Below, piece by piece: positions 1-14,400 of a stretch of 64,000 nt of DNA; positions within the stretch are counted from its first letter, which is position 1; every line of letters starts with the position of its first letter. Position numbers and translations under genes: made by a program. The stretch covers positions 26,463,290 to 26,527,289 of the forward strand of contig NC_068986.1 in the NCBI RefSeq assembly GCF_001194135.2, read 5' to 3'. This DNA is from Octopus bimaculoides. Its lineage: Eukaryota. Below the pieces are notes generated by a model. The model ran no database searches. It was not told the origin of the DNA and saw only the letters and a list, made by a program, of their open reading frames with translations.

Positions 1-475
1 AATTTCTTCAAGGTGATGTCTCAGCATGGCCACAGTCTAATGACTGAAACAAGTAAAATGTGTACATCAAATATGGGAGACAACTCTAGATGTCTTTCAA
101 TCTGACCTCATCAGTGACACAGTCTTCACCACACTTACTATTATTGTTATGAAATAATCATTAAGTAAATGTACAAGATTGCACACTGGTGGCACAAGAG
201 AACAGAATTGTTAAGAGAATACGTAAGTAAAAATAAAATGCCATCTCCATGAAAAAAATAACAGTTCAGTTAGTGCTAACATATTTAATGCAGGGAACAT
301 GTACAATAAGTACCTATAAAACCAAACAGCTATAGAAGACAAAAAACAATGTTTTGTAAATATACATAATGTAAAAAGTGATAACGAAAAACTTTTTTCA
401 TGTGTCTAGTATAAATTGAATTTCAAGATTAGAAGTGATTTTTCATCAAAACAAATTTTTAAGCAGCCTACATAC

Positions 476-3400
476 CTTCATCAGTTCCCAACATATCCAG
501 AATGAGAATAGGGGGAACAGGTTTACCATATCTGGATAACTGAGACTCAAATTCTTTACCAAGCACTTCTTTACCATCTTCAAATAACTGAACCTGAAAA
601 GAGAACAAAAATTCATCCAGGAAATTTATTATCATTATAAAGTCACTAAGTAGCAGGAGCTTTTGTCTTTCAAAGTACTTGGGAACCTCACTAGAGCTAC
701 TGGCATAAAAAAAAGAACCCAGTACATACTGTAAAGTGGTTGGTTGGCATTATGAAGGGCACCCAACCATAGAAACCAAGTCAAAGCTGACATTGGAGCT
801 CAGCATAGCCCTGCAGTTTACCAAGTCCTGCTAAATGATCCAAGCCGCCACCGCCACCACCGAGTGTATCAAAGTGTATCAAAATTATGATTAGAATGTA
901 CAAATATGGCTAAACTTCAGTCATTGAAGATCAAAAGGGATATGTCAGTACATAACAAAAAAACACTGAAGTGAGTAGAACATAGTTAGCATGATTGGAG
1001 AGTACATTCTGGTCAGAGTCAATTCTTATTTGGAGTTACTGCCCTCCTTTGTTCAATCAATTTTTTTGATGATTAATTAACTATAGGAACACTAAGTACT
1101 GGTGATTAGGATAAAGCTCACTGTTTAGTGTATTTTTAATAAATTAATCTCAGCTTGACAAAGCTTTGCACATGCCAGGAAATTTATTATTTGCTGTTTA
1201 CTTATAAGAACAGCAGTTCTTAGTAAGCTATGAATGCTGGATACAATGTCTGTAGTTAATGAAGTGTAATAACACAGAAGCATGGCCTATTGTCATATGA
1301 TGTCATTTATAGCCCAGTTTAGTGTGTTTTCATGCACACATCGTCTACAAGAATTTCTCTTCCAAGACATTTACTGCAGCAAAGGCCTTTTCACGTTTGA
1401 ACAGGATATTAAGTTTACATAATTACTTACTACTTCTGTCAGTTCCAAGCTACCTGGATTGTGATCTTTAAAATAGCGAACAGCTTTCAGAACACTTTCC
1501 ATATGTTCCAGATATTTCTCCAGCCCACTGGCAATTGGTCTAGAAAAGCAGGCAGAAAAAAATATAACCATGAGGGAGAAAGAGAAGAGGGAATACACAC
1601 ATACACAAAGAAGAACGAGAGAGATGATATATCAGAGAATTTATAGATATGAAAGAAATAAAGAGGGAGTTAAAGAAAGATTCTAAATGCTTGTTTTTTT
1701 TTTTTGTTAATTCATATAACTAATTGACTGCTTTTACCAACTCTGTTGTAAATGAAATAGGTATCAATAATATAGTAAGATCATTTCAATGTCTTGTGCA
1801 GTCAACTTAGTATTTCATACTGACATATCTTACAAGCCATACATCTTACTACTAATGCTCTTTGCTCTGTGAGAACTTTCTCTGAGATCCAAGAACCAGA
1901 AAATATCTAATATTACTTAAACACTAATGATAATATTTGGAGGAAGATAAATGTATGAAACTCCTATTTCTCATTAGCAACACTAATTTTAGAAAAACGT
2001 CATCAGCATTTCCAGCAAACTTCATGAAGCTGCATCAAAAAAAAAACAAAACAAGGTATTCCTTTCAGAACAAAAGTGTTTCATTCCAGAACACTTTTTG
2101 GTTTTCTCTATACCCAAATAAAGCCAAATAATGCTCTCTACACTCATCCATTAATGGCAATCAAATAATCCAAACATATCCACTGATCTGATAAGATAAA
2201 TTCTTAAACTTTTGATAATCTATTTTTCATCCACCTCTTCTATTGATAACAAAGTGCTTATGAGAATTTGCTAGCTGCATCCATTCTTCATGAACGGAAC
2301 TACTGTGCTTGTCTCTAAGCTTTCCAGTATTTTCTGTCTCTTAATCTAACCACATCGTAAACACTACCTGCTATATTTCATTCCAATGTTTTGTATCCAG
2401 TAAAATTCTCTCTCCACTCATAGGTTCTCACAATACATTAACCTGCTTTTCCAAGTTTCAGATTAACTACATCAATATTAGTCATACTCCTCTTTCACTT
2501 TGCTATTTGGAGGGTATTCTTTGGACTAGGGTTAATGTCCTTCCTCCTTGTGCACACACACAGAGTATTGACGATAATTATGAAAAGATACATTAATTAA
2601 GGAACAAATTGATGCATTTTAGTGTAAAACATATAAAGAACTCAACAAAAAAGTTTCGTCAAAGACAACTCACCCTTCCTTGATGGCAAACTCTAGATCT
2701 TTAGCTATATGATAATATCCAAGTACATTGTCAAGAGTTGACATTGTTTTATCAATGTCTGGTGACATTAAGGAATGCAACTAAACATAAATATAAACAT
2801 ATAATTACAGAAGTCAGCTCAGTTTAATAGTTAAGCACTAGCAACAGTATGCTTTTCAATTATGTACAATTAGACAGGTTATTACAGAAATTTTGAATTA
2901 ACAGTATCAATACACAAATCTTACACATACACCCACCGAAAAAGTTAATTCCAAACTGCTACAACCATAGTGTGTTTGGCCAGTAACCTTGTGGGCATCG
3001 GTGCCAATTTTTTCTTCCTCCGTTTTCCCGTTCTTTGAACTTTCCTTGTTTCCAACGAAGGTCTCCGCCTGAAACATCATACTCTCTCTCTTTCCTTTCC
3101 TGAGCGTCTAATAACACTATCCATATCACGTCCTCACGTTGTTGTTTTTTGTTATTGTATTTTGTCTTTTTTTGAACTTATATATATATATATATATAAA
3201 ACATCTAATGAATCATTTATACTTGTGCGTAATTATCATATAGTAATATTGTTACATAAATAAATTAAATATAAATTAACAATTACACAAAAAAGAACTA
3301 TATAAGCCACTTGCACTCAATGGAAAATGAACAGTAAACACTAATTACTACAGACTATGAAGAAAGATCATTACATCACTTTGTTAAGAGTAATGGGGAA

Positions 3401-5008
3401 AGTCTCAAAAAGGATACTTTCTTGACGTCTTCTTAAGTTTTCTGTTTCTTGATATACTGGGAGAATTGTGTTTTCTAGCTTGCATAATCTTGTTTCAAAA
3501 CTGTTTAAGATGGCTAACATGTTCTGTGTATTTGTATTGCTTTTATTAAGAGACTCCTTCAGTACAGAGAGATTGTACATCTCCTGAAAAGAAATGACAA
3601 TAAAATGAGAAAATGAGACTTTACAATTGCTCTACAGTAATAAAAATCAAAACCAAAACATTTTAACATTAAATATGAGTTGTTGCTGTTGTTTAATATA
3701 AAGTTAGTCCATATTGAGCAGACCCATGACCATAAGTCAGCTCAATGAGAGTATTAAGAAAGGAAAGCTGACAATAATAACAGGAAACAGTAGAGTGGTG
3801 AAAGCATCTAGTGTAATGTTCCCATTATTTCAATCAGATCAAAGGTGGCGAGCAGGCAGAATCGTTAGCATGCCAGATGAAATGCTTAGCAATATTTTGT
3901 CTGCCACTACATCTGAGTTCAAATTCCGCTGAGGTCGACTTTGCCTTTCATCCTTTCAGGGTCGATAAATTAAGTACCAGTCAAGTACTGGAGTCAATGT
4001 AATCGACTGTCGCCCTCTCCACAGATTCCAGGCCTTGTGCTTATAGTAGAAAGGATTATTTCAATCAGAAAAGCAAGCTTCTTACCACACAGCCACTCCT
4101 GCGCCTGATGTTGAAAGTTATTCAAATTTTTAGTTCAACATTCTAAATTAGATAGATATGCTGATGCCATAAAAAAAGCACTCGTGCCAGCGCCTCGTTA
4201 AAAGCACCCAGAAAACACTGTAATGTAGTTGGAGTTAGGAAGGGCATATAGCCGTAGAAACGAAGCTAAATGAGACTGGAACCTGGTACAACTTTTCTGC
4301 ATGCCAACTCTAACCAAACCGTCCAACCCATGCCAGCATGGAAAACTGACATCACAAGAGATGACAATGATGAAGTCTCAGCGAGTAATAAACTTTCCAA
4401 ACATCAACTAGTAATGACAAATAGTTTAAGCGTTTTCCGCAAAGGTTTAGATAATGTAAATTTTCGGAATATTCTCAAAAGGAGAGTTTTTCTGAAGTCA
4501 ACGTTTGTCTTCAGAAAAAGTCTTTATGGGTAGTGCCTTGCAAGAATCAGTAGAGCGTTAGATAAAATGCTATGCGGTACTTATTCCGGTTCTCCACATT
4601 CTGAGTTCAAACTCCGGCAAAGTCAACCTTGCCTTTCATCTTTTCAGGATTGTTAAAATAAAAGTACCATTCAAGTACAGGGGTCGGCGATGTAATCGAC
4701 TTAATCCCCACCTCCCTCAAAATTTCCGGCTTTGTATCTATACCAGAAACAATTATTGTTATTCTTACAGTCTCTTCGAACTTCATCAATAAATCACTTG
4801 TTGACAACTTAAACGTAGTAAAAACAAAAGAAATTATAGGGAGTAGTTGAAATGCTGATATTTTACCACTCAAGACATTCCTTCATCTTGATGTCCTGAC
4901 CATCAGCTGTGGGTGATAATGACGGAAAGAACTTGTCAACAAAGCACTCACCTTCTCCAGTTTTCTGTCGATGTCTGCTTTAAGCACTGAAATATCATCC
5001 ATGTCCAT
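476..5008 (-). CDS. EXOC7: Exocyst complex component 7 (Exo70), 5' part; gene continues below position 1
   Basis: Exons complement(4952-5008, 3418-3583, 2674-2758, 1431-1539, 476-593). All introns GT-AG and phases chain 0,1,2,0,1. Translation MDMDDISVLKADIDRKLEK|EMYNLSVLKESL...SFETRLCKLENTILPVYQETENLRRRQE|NIDKTMSTLDNVLGYYHIAKD...|GPIASGLEKYLEHMESVLKAVRYF...|VQLFEDGKEVLGKEF...PVPPILILDML follows human Exo70 (SFESRLMKLENSIIPVHKQTENL; LFERGKEALESEF). Confidence 0.96.
3010..3160 (+). mobile_element. Degenerate Penelope-like tail in EXOC7 intron 2
   Basis: CCAACGA-AGG-TCTCCG-CCT-GAAAC-ATC at about 3052-3078 is a decayed hammerhead-like core, followed by TTTCCTGAGCGTCTAATAA as in the other tails. 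Confidence 0.45.
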
Positions 5009-5457
5009 TTTGACAAAAGGTATCTGCAGAAATCCTCACACACCTGACACCACACTTTAGACATTCACACACACAAACACCAACTCTGATGGTCGCCTTC
5101 ACTCTGCAAAAACACACACCTCCTTTCTCATTACACCTTCTCTCACTACTACTTAGCTTCTATTGTCACTTAGGGATACCATTTTATGGTTGTCGTTCTT
5201 GGGTTTAGACAAATGAATGATAAAATATAAAAACACAACTGAAATATATATTATACATATTGATATTAATAACTATATTAATTTACTATAAATAAAGAAT
5301 ACCGTAAATGTCGACTTATTATTCCACTAATTTCTTACAGCATTTCTACTTCGTTTTTGGTTGCAAGGTCACGTGGCTAACTATGGCGGCTTAAAATATC
5401 AACTCAATATTTATTTTAGTTTGTTTTCCTATTATCTGACAATCTAAACGAAAGAAA
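5009..5457. promoter_or_regulatory. Shared bidirectional promoter/5'UTR region of EXOC7 and WBP11
   Basis: 449 bp between divergent ATGs with no recognisable TE. E-box GTCACGTGG at 5368-5376 and YY1-like ATGGCGGC at 5383-5390. TSS positions are not determinable from sequence. Confidence 0.65.
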
Positions 5458-8400
5458 ATGGGACGCAGATCTATAAACACCACTAAAAGTGGGAAGTATA
5501 TGAACCCCACTGATCAAGCCAGTAAGTTTTATTTTTCGTATAGCAATAAATGTTTAGAATCGATGTTAAAGGAGCATCAATGAGTTTATTTATCCTAAGT
5601 GCCCCCCGACCAAATCTCAGCTCCTGAGTTTTCTGTAAATGGTTTTGTTATTTGACTCCTATTAATTTTTACGCTTGGAATTATTGCCTCGGTGATTTAT
5701 TTTCTTGACATCATTGCATTAATAAACTAATAATTAACATTACTTGTTATGCTAATTGGTCATTGAAGTGAAGGGTTTTGCAAACATATTTTGTGTTATT
5801 TTTTTCCTGAACTGAATTCAGTGAAATGGTAACAGAAAGTCCTTTCAGGCCGATTTTAGTTAAGCATGAAGAAAAATAACTGTCTACGCATTATTTTCTC
5901 CTTACAACACAAATGATATTGCAATGTTAAAACTGGGTGAATTGTGAACTAGAGAAAAAATACTGCGATAAGGAAATAGAAAAACAACGGAGCAAGGATA
6001 AATTATAATAAAATGTTATTCATCAAGAAATGAAATGGAATAAACTCTGATTATATTGACAATCTAGAGAAAATATATGACTAAACTTCTCTGATTTTGT
6101 ATTTTTGGTTTGAATGCATTTTGGAACTTTGGTATGTTGCATTTACATGACCAGATATTCCACTATGAGGTCTGCAATTTCAAACTTTTGCCAAAAGCCT
6201 TAGATATACTCTACTCTTTTACTTGTTTCAGTCATTTGACTGCGGCCATGCTGGGGCACCACCTTTAGTCGAGCAAATCGACCCCGGGAATTATTCTTTG
6301 TAAGCCTAGTACTTATTCTATCGGTGTCTTTAGCCGAACCGCTAGGTGACGGGGACATAAACACACCAGTATCGGTTGTCAAGCAATGCTAGGGGGACAA
6401 ACACAGACATACAAACACACACACATATATATACATATATGCGACAGGCTTCTTTCAGTTTCCGTCTACGAAATCCACTCACAAGGCTTTGGTCGGCCCG
6501 AGGCTATAGAAGATATTTGCCCAAGGTGCCACGCAGTGGGACTGAACCCGGAACTATGTGGTTGGTAAGCAAGCTACTTACCACACAGCCACTAAATATG
6601 TTTCTAATTGATATAAGACAAACATTCTTTTGATTGATGTCTTTTGTTGTTTAGCCCTAGGTAAGTATCGATTAAGCAGATCTGTAATCAGATGTATTCT
6701 TGCCACATCTGATCCAATCTATATTTCAAGCTTAATGTATCTAAGACAACATCATACATTATATTGTATGGTAAGTAGCTTGCTTACCAACCACATGGTT
6801 CCGGGTTCAGTCCCACTGCGTGGCACCTTGGGCAAGTGTCTTCTACTATAGCCTTGGACCGACCAATGCCTTGTGAGTGGATTTGGTAGGCGGAAACTGG
6901 AAGAAGCCTGTCGTATATATATATATATATGTGTGTGTGTATATATCTTTGTGCGCTTGTGTTTGTCCCCCAACATCGCTTGACAACCGATGCTGGTGTG
7001 TTTACGTTCCCGTAACTTAGCGGTTCGGTGAAAGAGACCGATAGAATAAGTACTAGGCTTACAAAGAATAAGTCCTAGGGTCGATTTGCTTGACTAAAGG
7101 CGGTGCTCCAGCATGGCCGCAGTCAAATGACTGAAACGAGTAAAACAGTAAAGAAAGTTTGGCTGCTGTTTCTAACAAGTCAAGTGATCACATAAAAACT
7201 TCCTCATTGTCTGGCTTTTAAATTAGTGCTCACCGAAGTAGATGAAAGCTTCCGTAAAAATGCATAGCATATGTCACACATTGATAACCACATTTATGAA
7301 TATGACAAGTGGATCACTTTTTATTTTTCATCTTATTGACCTGAAAATCTTCAGTCTGAGAGGTAGCAAGCAAATCTCATATGGTCTGCAACAAAACTAC
7401 AAACAGCAAATTCAGTACCAAACATTTCAATCAAAATATATATATATAAAGAAATGTAACTAGAAAGAATCCAGTAATAAATGACGTAATTAAGAAAAAA
7501 AGAACCATTAGAGAATTAGGTGCATCATATTATTGGATGGTATGTGGTAGAATCAATAGGGCATCTTTTAGTTACATACTGTGTTCAAATCCTACCAAGG
7601 TCAGCTTTATCTTTCATCTTTTCCATGGTTAAAATTAGTAGTAATTAAGTACTGGGGTCAGTATAATCAAGCATGTGTCCTCCTCTGAATTTATGGTCTC
7701 CTATCAATTGTAGGAATCAGTTTAAGTCTATTTGAAGATAGCAAGCTGGCAGAATTGTTAGCATGTTGGGCAAAGTGCTTAGCAGCATTTCTTCCATCTT
7801 TATATTCAGAGTTCAAGTTCTGCCAAGGTCATCTTTTTGGGGTTGATAAAATAAGTACCAATTAAGCATTGGGGTCCATGTAATCCCCTGAAATTGCTGG
7901 TCTTGTACCAAAATTTGAAACCAATTAAGTCTATTTGGGTCTTCTCACTAGCTTCCCAATTTTCACTACTTCTTCAAAGTAAGTAGTGGTTCTGAGGAAT
8001 ATCAACTGATCACATTTTAATTTTATGGGGTAGCAATGAAGCTAAGTATAAATTTTTTGTGTTTACAATTGTAGTAGTAAATACAGTCATAGCTATCTAG
8101 TTAAAAATGCTCACTTTGTAGCCATATGGCTCAAGTTTGATCCCACTTTGTTAAGCCTTGGGCAAGTGTCTTCTACTGTAGCTTTCAAGAAACCACTAGT
8201 TTGGGGTGAAATTTTGGAGATGAAAACTGTGTGGAAGCCCATTATATATATATATATATATCATTTGATGTGTATTTGTGTTTGTTTCTGTCAAGATTGT
8301 AAAACTTCACCATTGTTGACCTGGGACTAAACAGTTGATACACTCACTGAGTAATAAGTCAACATTAAGGGGCATAGCTGGTTGAAACCAGTTCATGCAA

Positions 8401-11393
8401 ATATTCAGCTCTGAGTAAAGCTATAAAAAACATAAATGAAAAGGAGTAATAAAAATTTATTATTTTAAAATGTCTAATTGTATGTTCTATTAATCAGACA
8501 TAACCTGTCATTCTTATTTCAGGAAAAGAGGCAAGAAAAAGGGAGTTAAAAAAAGTGAGTATTTGTTATCATGCACAAAACCAGTCTATTAAAACAAAAA
8601 TACGCTGTGATGACACAGACATTTTAGGTTTAATGCTTTACTTCATATCCTCCCCCTCATCTTCACCACCATCATTATCACCACCAACATCATGATTATC
8701 ATCTTCCATCATTGTCATCATTTCCACAGCCTGCATTACCATGAAAAATTGTTGAGGTTCACCTGATTCTGATAAAATTGACTTTGGTATTTTTACTTTT
8801 GTATTTTTAGAACAAAAAGCAGCGTATGCTTGTACGCCAAGCTGTGCTGAAAGGAAAAGACCCTACCAAAATATTACAAGAGATGGAGATAATCGACAAA
8901 ATGGGTAAACTTACTGTTTATTTTTATTTTATTGCATCTTTTTTTTTCCAGTATTTCTGACTAAAGTTCTTTATTTTAAAAACCAAACTTGGTGATCGTC
9001 AAGTACAGTTTAATTTTAACACCATAAAAATGATGAAAGGGTCCTAGTAATAATGTTCTGAATATAACTTGAAACTTATTGGGTCAGCTAACTAGTAATA
9101 CAACCTGTAGTCCCAATCTGGCCTACAAACTTAATGTAAGCACTTCATAAAGAAATTCTTTGTTTCCTTTATCAATTTTTACTTAACCCTTTAACAGCAA
9201 CATTAATTTTCATGATTATTCCAGTTATGATGTTGAATATCTACAAAAAATAGAATTGGTATTTTCTGCAAGTCACATTGCCCCAATAAAATCAACATAT
9301 CTCAGCAAAAAATAGTTCCAAGCATGCCATTCCTCAACAAAAGATCAATTGGTACATAAAGCTGCTTTCTGCAGTTAAGGTTAATGAAATTTCGAGGGAA
9401 TATATCTGATTTTTGCTGTAAAAGGGTTAAGGATCTATAAAATTCAGTATTAGAAAATAGAGTGCCCCCTGGCTGGCTCCTCTGCTGATGGCACGTAAAA
9501 ACCACCATCCGAACATGGTTGATACCAGTGCCCTCTGACTGGCTCCGCTGCCAGTGGCACATAAAAAGCACCATCCAAGTGTAGTTGATACCAGTGTCCC
9601 CTTACTCGCTCCTGTGCCAGTGGCACATAAAAAACACCCATTACAACTCTCAGAATGGTTGGCGTTAGGAAGGGCATCCAGCTGTAGATGAGTTCAGATT
9701 GGAGCCTTGTGCAGCCCACTGGCTTGCCAGACCTCAGTCAAACCATCCAACCCATGCCAACATGGAAAGTGGACATTAAAGAATGATGATGATGATGTTA
9801 TTTTTGTAGTAGCTTCAAACGAATCATTATCATCTTCATCATCATCATCATCATAATGATAAAAAGAAAGATAACAACATCCTGGCCTCTGATCTAGTCA
9901 GGTATCAATGTTCTCTTATTATCATAACTCAAAATATCAATCAATGATTTAGGTTAATACAAAAGAAAAAGTGATTACTTCATTTGGTAGATTTTTTAAA
10001 CAATAAATTGTTTTCTCTTTCATAAATGAATTGATCTACAAACACTAACAACATGTTATATTCTGTTGCAATACAGTTTACTTGAATAATCAACTCTAAG
10101 AAAGGAGAGAGTGACAAAAAAAAAAAAAACGTTTACTTGTTTGTTGGGAAATGGAAGTGGCCTGATTAACTCCATACTTACCTTGAGACCACAACCATCT
10201 CTGGCTCTCCTCCCTGTTCAACCTAACCAAAAATGTTTTAATTCTTCACTGTGTGTTGTGCTATACATGGCACATACTAATTTTTAAGTCATTAAATGTG
10301 GAGTGATTCCTTCGTTACAAATTTTATTATCACTTTTCATCATCATCATCATCTTAATCTCCACTTCTCCATACTTGCATGAGTGAGAGGGAATGCATTG
10401 AAGCAGATTTTCTAAGGATGCCTTTTCTCTCACCAGCCCTTGCTTGTTTCCTATTTGCTTTGTAGATATATCCTCTGCTCTTAATTTTTTTTTCCAGAAT
10501 ATGATCCAACCCAACCGCCCAAACTAAATGAGAAAGTCTTGAAAGACAAACGGAAGAAACTTAAAGAAACTTTCCTGCGAATTCTAAAGCTCTATGTAAG
10601 TAACCAGTTGAACCAATATATTATAGTGGGGTGGTGTCATTTGAAAGCTAAAACAATGTGAAGCGCATTGTGACCAGCGTTGTATAACAACATCCGATAG
10701 TCTGGTGGATGCCATGATACCATCATATATGTATATAAAAAATAGTTCTCTGTAACAATTGCTTGCTGAGTTTGAGCAATGTGCAGAATTTGAACAATAG
10801 CATGTAGATATGCAGTGTGCAGAAGTATACTTCTATCCTTTTCTCACTGTTTTCTTGGATGAAATTGATTTTGCTAATACATACTCATAGACACAAACTT
10901 ACAGCAAATATTAATACCATTACATATAGCTTTTTGTTTTGTTATTGAATTTCTGTGTTTATATGCATATGTTTATATTAGTGCTATATATTAATACATA
11001 CATACATACACACATACCACCACCACCATGACTACCATCATCAGCATCAGCACACACACACATATATATATATATCATCATTATCATCATCAACTACACA
11101 CAAGCCTGTAGCAAACATTATCAACTTTCAGATATCTTTCAGTTTTACTGCTAAATGAATGTCTGTGTATATTTGTATAGTATATATTAGTACATTGGTA
11201 TATGTATGTGTGTATGTATACATATATATATATATACATATATATATATAACAGGTATGGCCATGTGATTCTCCCAGTNNNNNNNNNNNNNNNNNNNNNN
11301 NNNNNNNNNNNNNNNNNNNNNNNNNNNNNNNNNNNNNNNNNNNNNNNNNNNNNNNNNNNNNNNNNNNNNNNNNNNNNNNNNNNNNNNNNNNNN

Positions 11394-11436
<43 letters not shown>

Positions 11437-14400
11437 ACAGGTATGGCCATGTGATTCTCCCAGTCACACACCCTATCTTCTTAAAAAGGAAGGTTGTCAT
11501 ATATAAAAGCCAATGTCAGTCTTCAAAAAATCTCTCATGCTTCAATCTTTAAAAAAATTAAGTACACATTGAATAATATTGCCCTTATTATACAAAAATG
11601 ACAGAATGCTCATGACTGGAATGCTGTTTATCATAGGTCTGTTCCTCGAACAAAACCTGGGGATAAGCAGTAACAAATAGGAGAACCCTTATGTGGTAAC
11701 CAACGTCAGAGCCACTGAATGTTCATTGAAACTGCTAGAAACAACAGCTAGAAACATGCTAGCCATATTCTAAATTGTAGTACTCCATTTCATATGCATA
11801 TTACATAGTCTTGGATATGGCGAGGAGAACAAATGTTAAGAAATAATGACACCAGTGTTAATTATAATGATGATGAAGTTGCAATAGAAAAAGGGTTAAT
11901 TGAAACATGCACTACGATTTTAACCTAAATCTTATTGTCACTTTAAACTAATCTCTGTATATGGAAATATCCATGTAAGATATTATTGAATGGCATTTTG
12001 AAGAACAGGTTGTAAATTTTTGTTAAAAAGTTAGATGCATATTTGACATTAATAAAAAAGAGTCTATTATTGCTTGATTTTGTTTGCAATATTTTAGTAT
12101 GACTTTTGTTTTTCATCTCGTCTTACAGGATAAAGAAAATCCTGAGTATGCATTAGAACTAAGGCGAGCAGAGTCTGAGTATGATAAGAAGAGGATCCAG
12201 TTACAGATATACTTTGGTTAGTTCTACAGCCATTCACATCAACTGCAACTATTTTTTTAACCAATTAGGGAACCTCTAGAAACAGCTTCTAAATCTCCTT
12301 CAAACCAAACCCCACGATCTTTAAAAAAGAGAAGGGTGTATTAGACAGTGTTAGTCTTATATAGAGAGAAACACACATGATGGACACTCTAGACAATGTT
12401 AGTCTCAGATATACAAAGAGACAAGATGAGGACAGCTCAAATGCTTTTGATCATAAGTCTGATCAGTCAGGCTGACCTAAGGCTAAAGAGCACAACAGAG
12501 GTCACAGCTTGAATACTTTTACCCATAAATCTGCTTAGTCAAGAATGATTGAGCGTTGAATCAGTAGCAATGTCAAAATAACAACTAAAAGAGTAAGTGG
12601 TTTCCAATACTCAAATTTTCCTCTAAACTTTTCTTACTGTCTTACATATACAAACAGCAGATTTCTAGTCCATAGCTGTTGGAGAATAAGCCAAAACAGA
12701 TGAGAGGGTGTTGTTTGAGGGTTAACTAAATTATAGGGGACCACTGAGTTGGACGCACTAATTTATGGATCATTAATAATTTACCTTGAAAAAAGTGGTG
12801 TGCACCGACGCAGTTATTGTAAGCGAGAGAATCACTTCTCGATTTATCTTAGCGTGGTTCGAAATTTAAATCGAAGAATAATGAAGGAGTTATAAGATCT
12901 TAAATTTTATAGTCATAAATAGCCATATATAGCACCATTTCATCTTTATTTGAAATCAACATGGTACAACCTTTGGCAAATAAGTTACACTTGTTTACTG
13001 GAGGGATTCAACAGTAAATGTCCAAATTGTATGACTGAAATATGCAACATACAATAAATTGAAGCTACAACTAGAAATGCTAGAAATTATTTATAAGTTC
13101 TGTTCATTTTTAACAATCACTTCTCCATGCTTGCATGGGTCAGATGGAATTTGTTGTGGCAAGGTTTCTACAGCCAGATACCTTTTCTGTCACCATCACT
13201 TACCTGTTTCCAAGCTAGGTAATATTTCTTCATGGCCAGGTATATTTTTCATGGAAGACTGAAAAATGAACAACATCGCTTGTATGGCAGTGATGCCTAT
13301 TTACAATCATCACATGATGTCAAGACAAAGGTACACACACGCATGCTCGTATATAGATACATATACGATATGCTTTATTCAGGTTCCATACCAAATCCAC
13401 TCATAAGGCTTTGGTTGGCCCCAGGTTATATGAGAAGACACTTGCCTAAGTTGTTGTGCAGTAAGATTGGATATGGTTGGGAAGCAAGCTTCTTGCTGAT
13501 AAAGTTTATAAAGTTAAATTTAAAAATAAAAACATATGAGGATTACACTTTTAAAGTTCTGGAAATTAAAGTTGATTTGTCAAATGTTCCAGTGGTTTAT
13601 AATCTCAGGAATATTTTGTAAGATTTAATCATCTTCTTGTCACCTCTAGACCTTGTGTATTTCAATTAAATATTACTTTTATATTTCAGAACAAGTGAAG
13701 AATGCTGAACGTGTACAACTGGATCAGATTCCTCTGCCTGACTTACCCTTGGAATACACCAGTAAATTAACATATTTGTTATCTACTTTCTTTTTGTCCT
13801 TGTAATGATTAATGATGTTCTTCATTTTCAGTGTTTAAAATATGAGTCTTTCGGAATTACCAGATGAAGATCTAATTAATGTTAACCAAAACTATTGTAT
13901 TATATATAAAGTGTGTGTGTGTGTGGACACTGCAAACTATGTCCCAGGTAATCCATTTGGAGGACACTAACCCCAAAGAAGGAGTTGTTCAGGGTGGAGG
14001 CTCCTCTTTGGTCCTCTTTCATTCGACAGCTTCTTTAGTATTTGTGGCATGATTGAATGCTTTCAATACACTTTGCATAGAGGTTGGTGATAGAAGATAC
14101 ATCTAGCATAGATAGCAAGCCAAAAAAATGAAATACATGAGCAAGACATGGACTCTGCAAGGTGCAATGCAAGCTAGCCATTTAGGAGAGTTGTAACTCT
14201 AAGTAAGAACTCATACAGATATACAGGGGAACTCTTAAATATTTCTTATTTCTTTATTGCCCACAAGGGGCTAAACATAGAAGGGACAGACAAAGGGATT
14301 AAGTCAATTATATCGATCCCAGTGCGTAACTGGTACTTAATTTATCAACCCTGAAAGGATGAAAGGCAAAGTCGACCTCGGCAGAATTTGAACTCAGAAC

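Noticed and set aside
11200-11470. Apparent tandem duplication of (TA)n-ACAGGTATGGCCATGTGATTCTCCCAGT and ORFs containing X runs
   Set aside because: The copies sit on either side of an N gap: an unmerged contig overlap, not biology.
12730-13050. Possible Tc1-like terminus (TA|TAGGGGACCACTGAGTTGGACGCAC)
   Set aside because: No partner TIR or transposase remnant could be found by eye.
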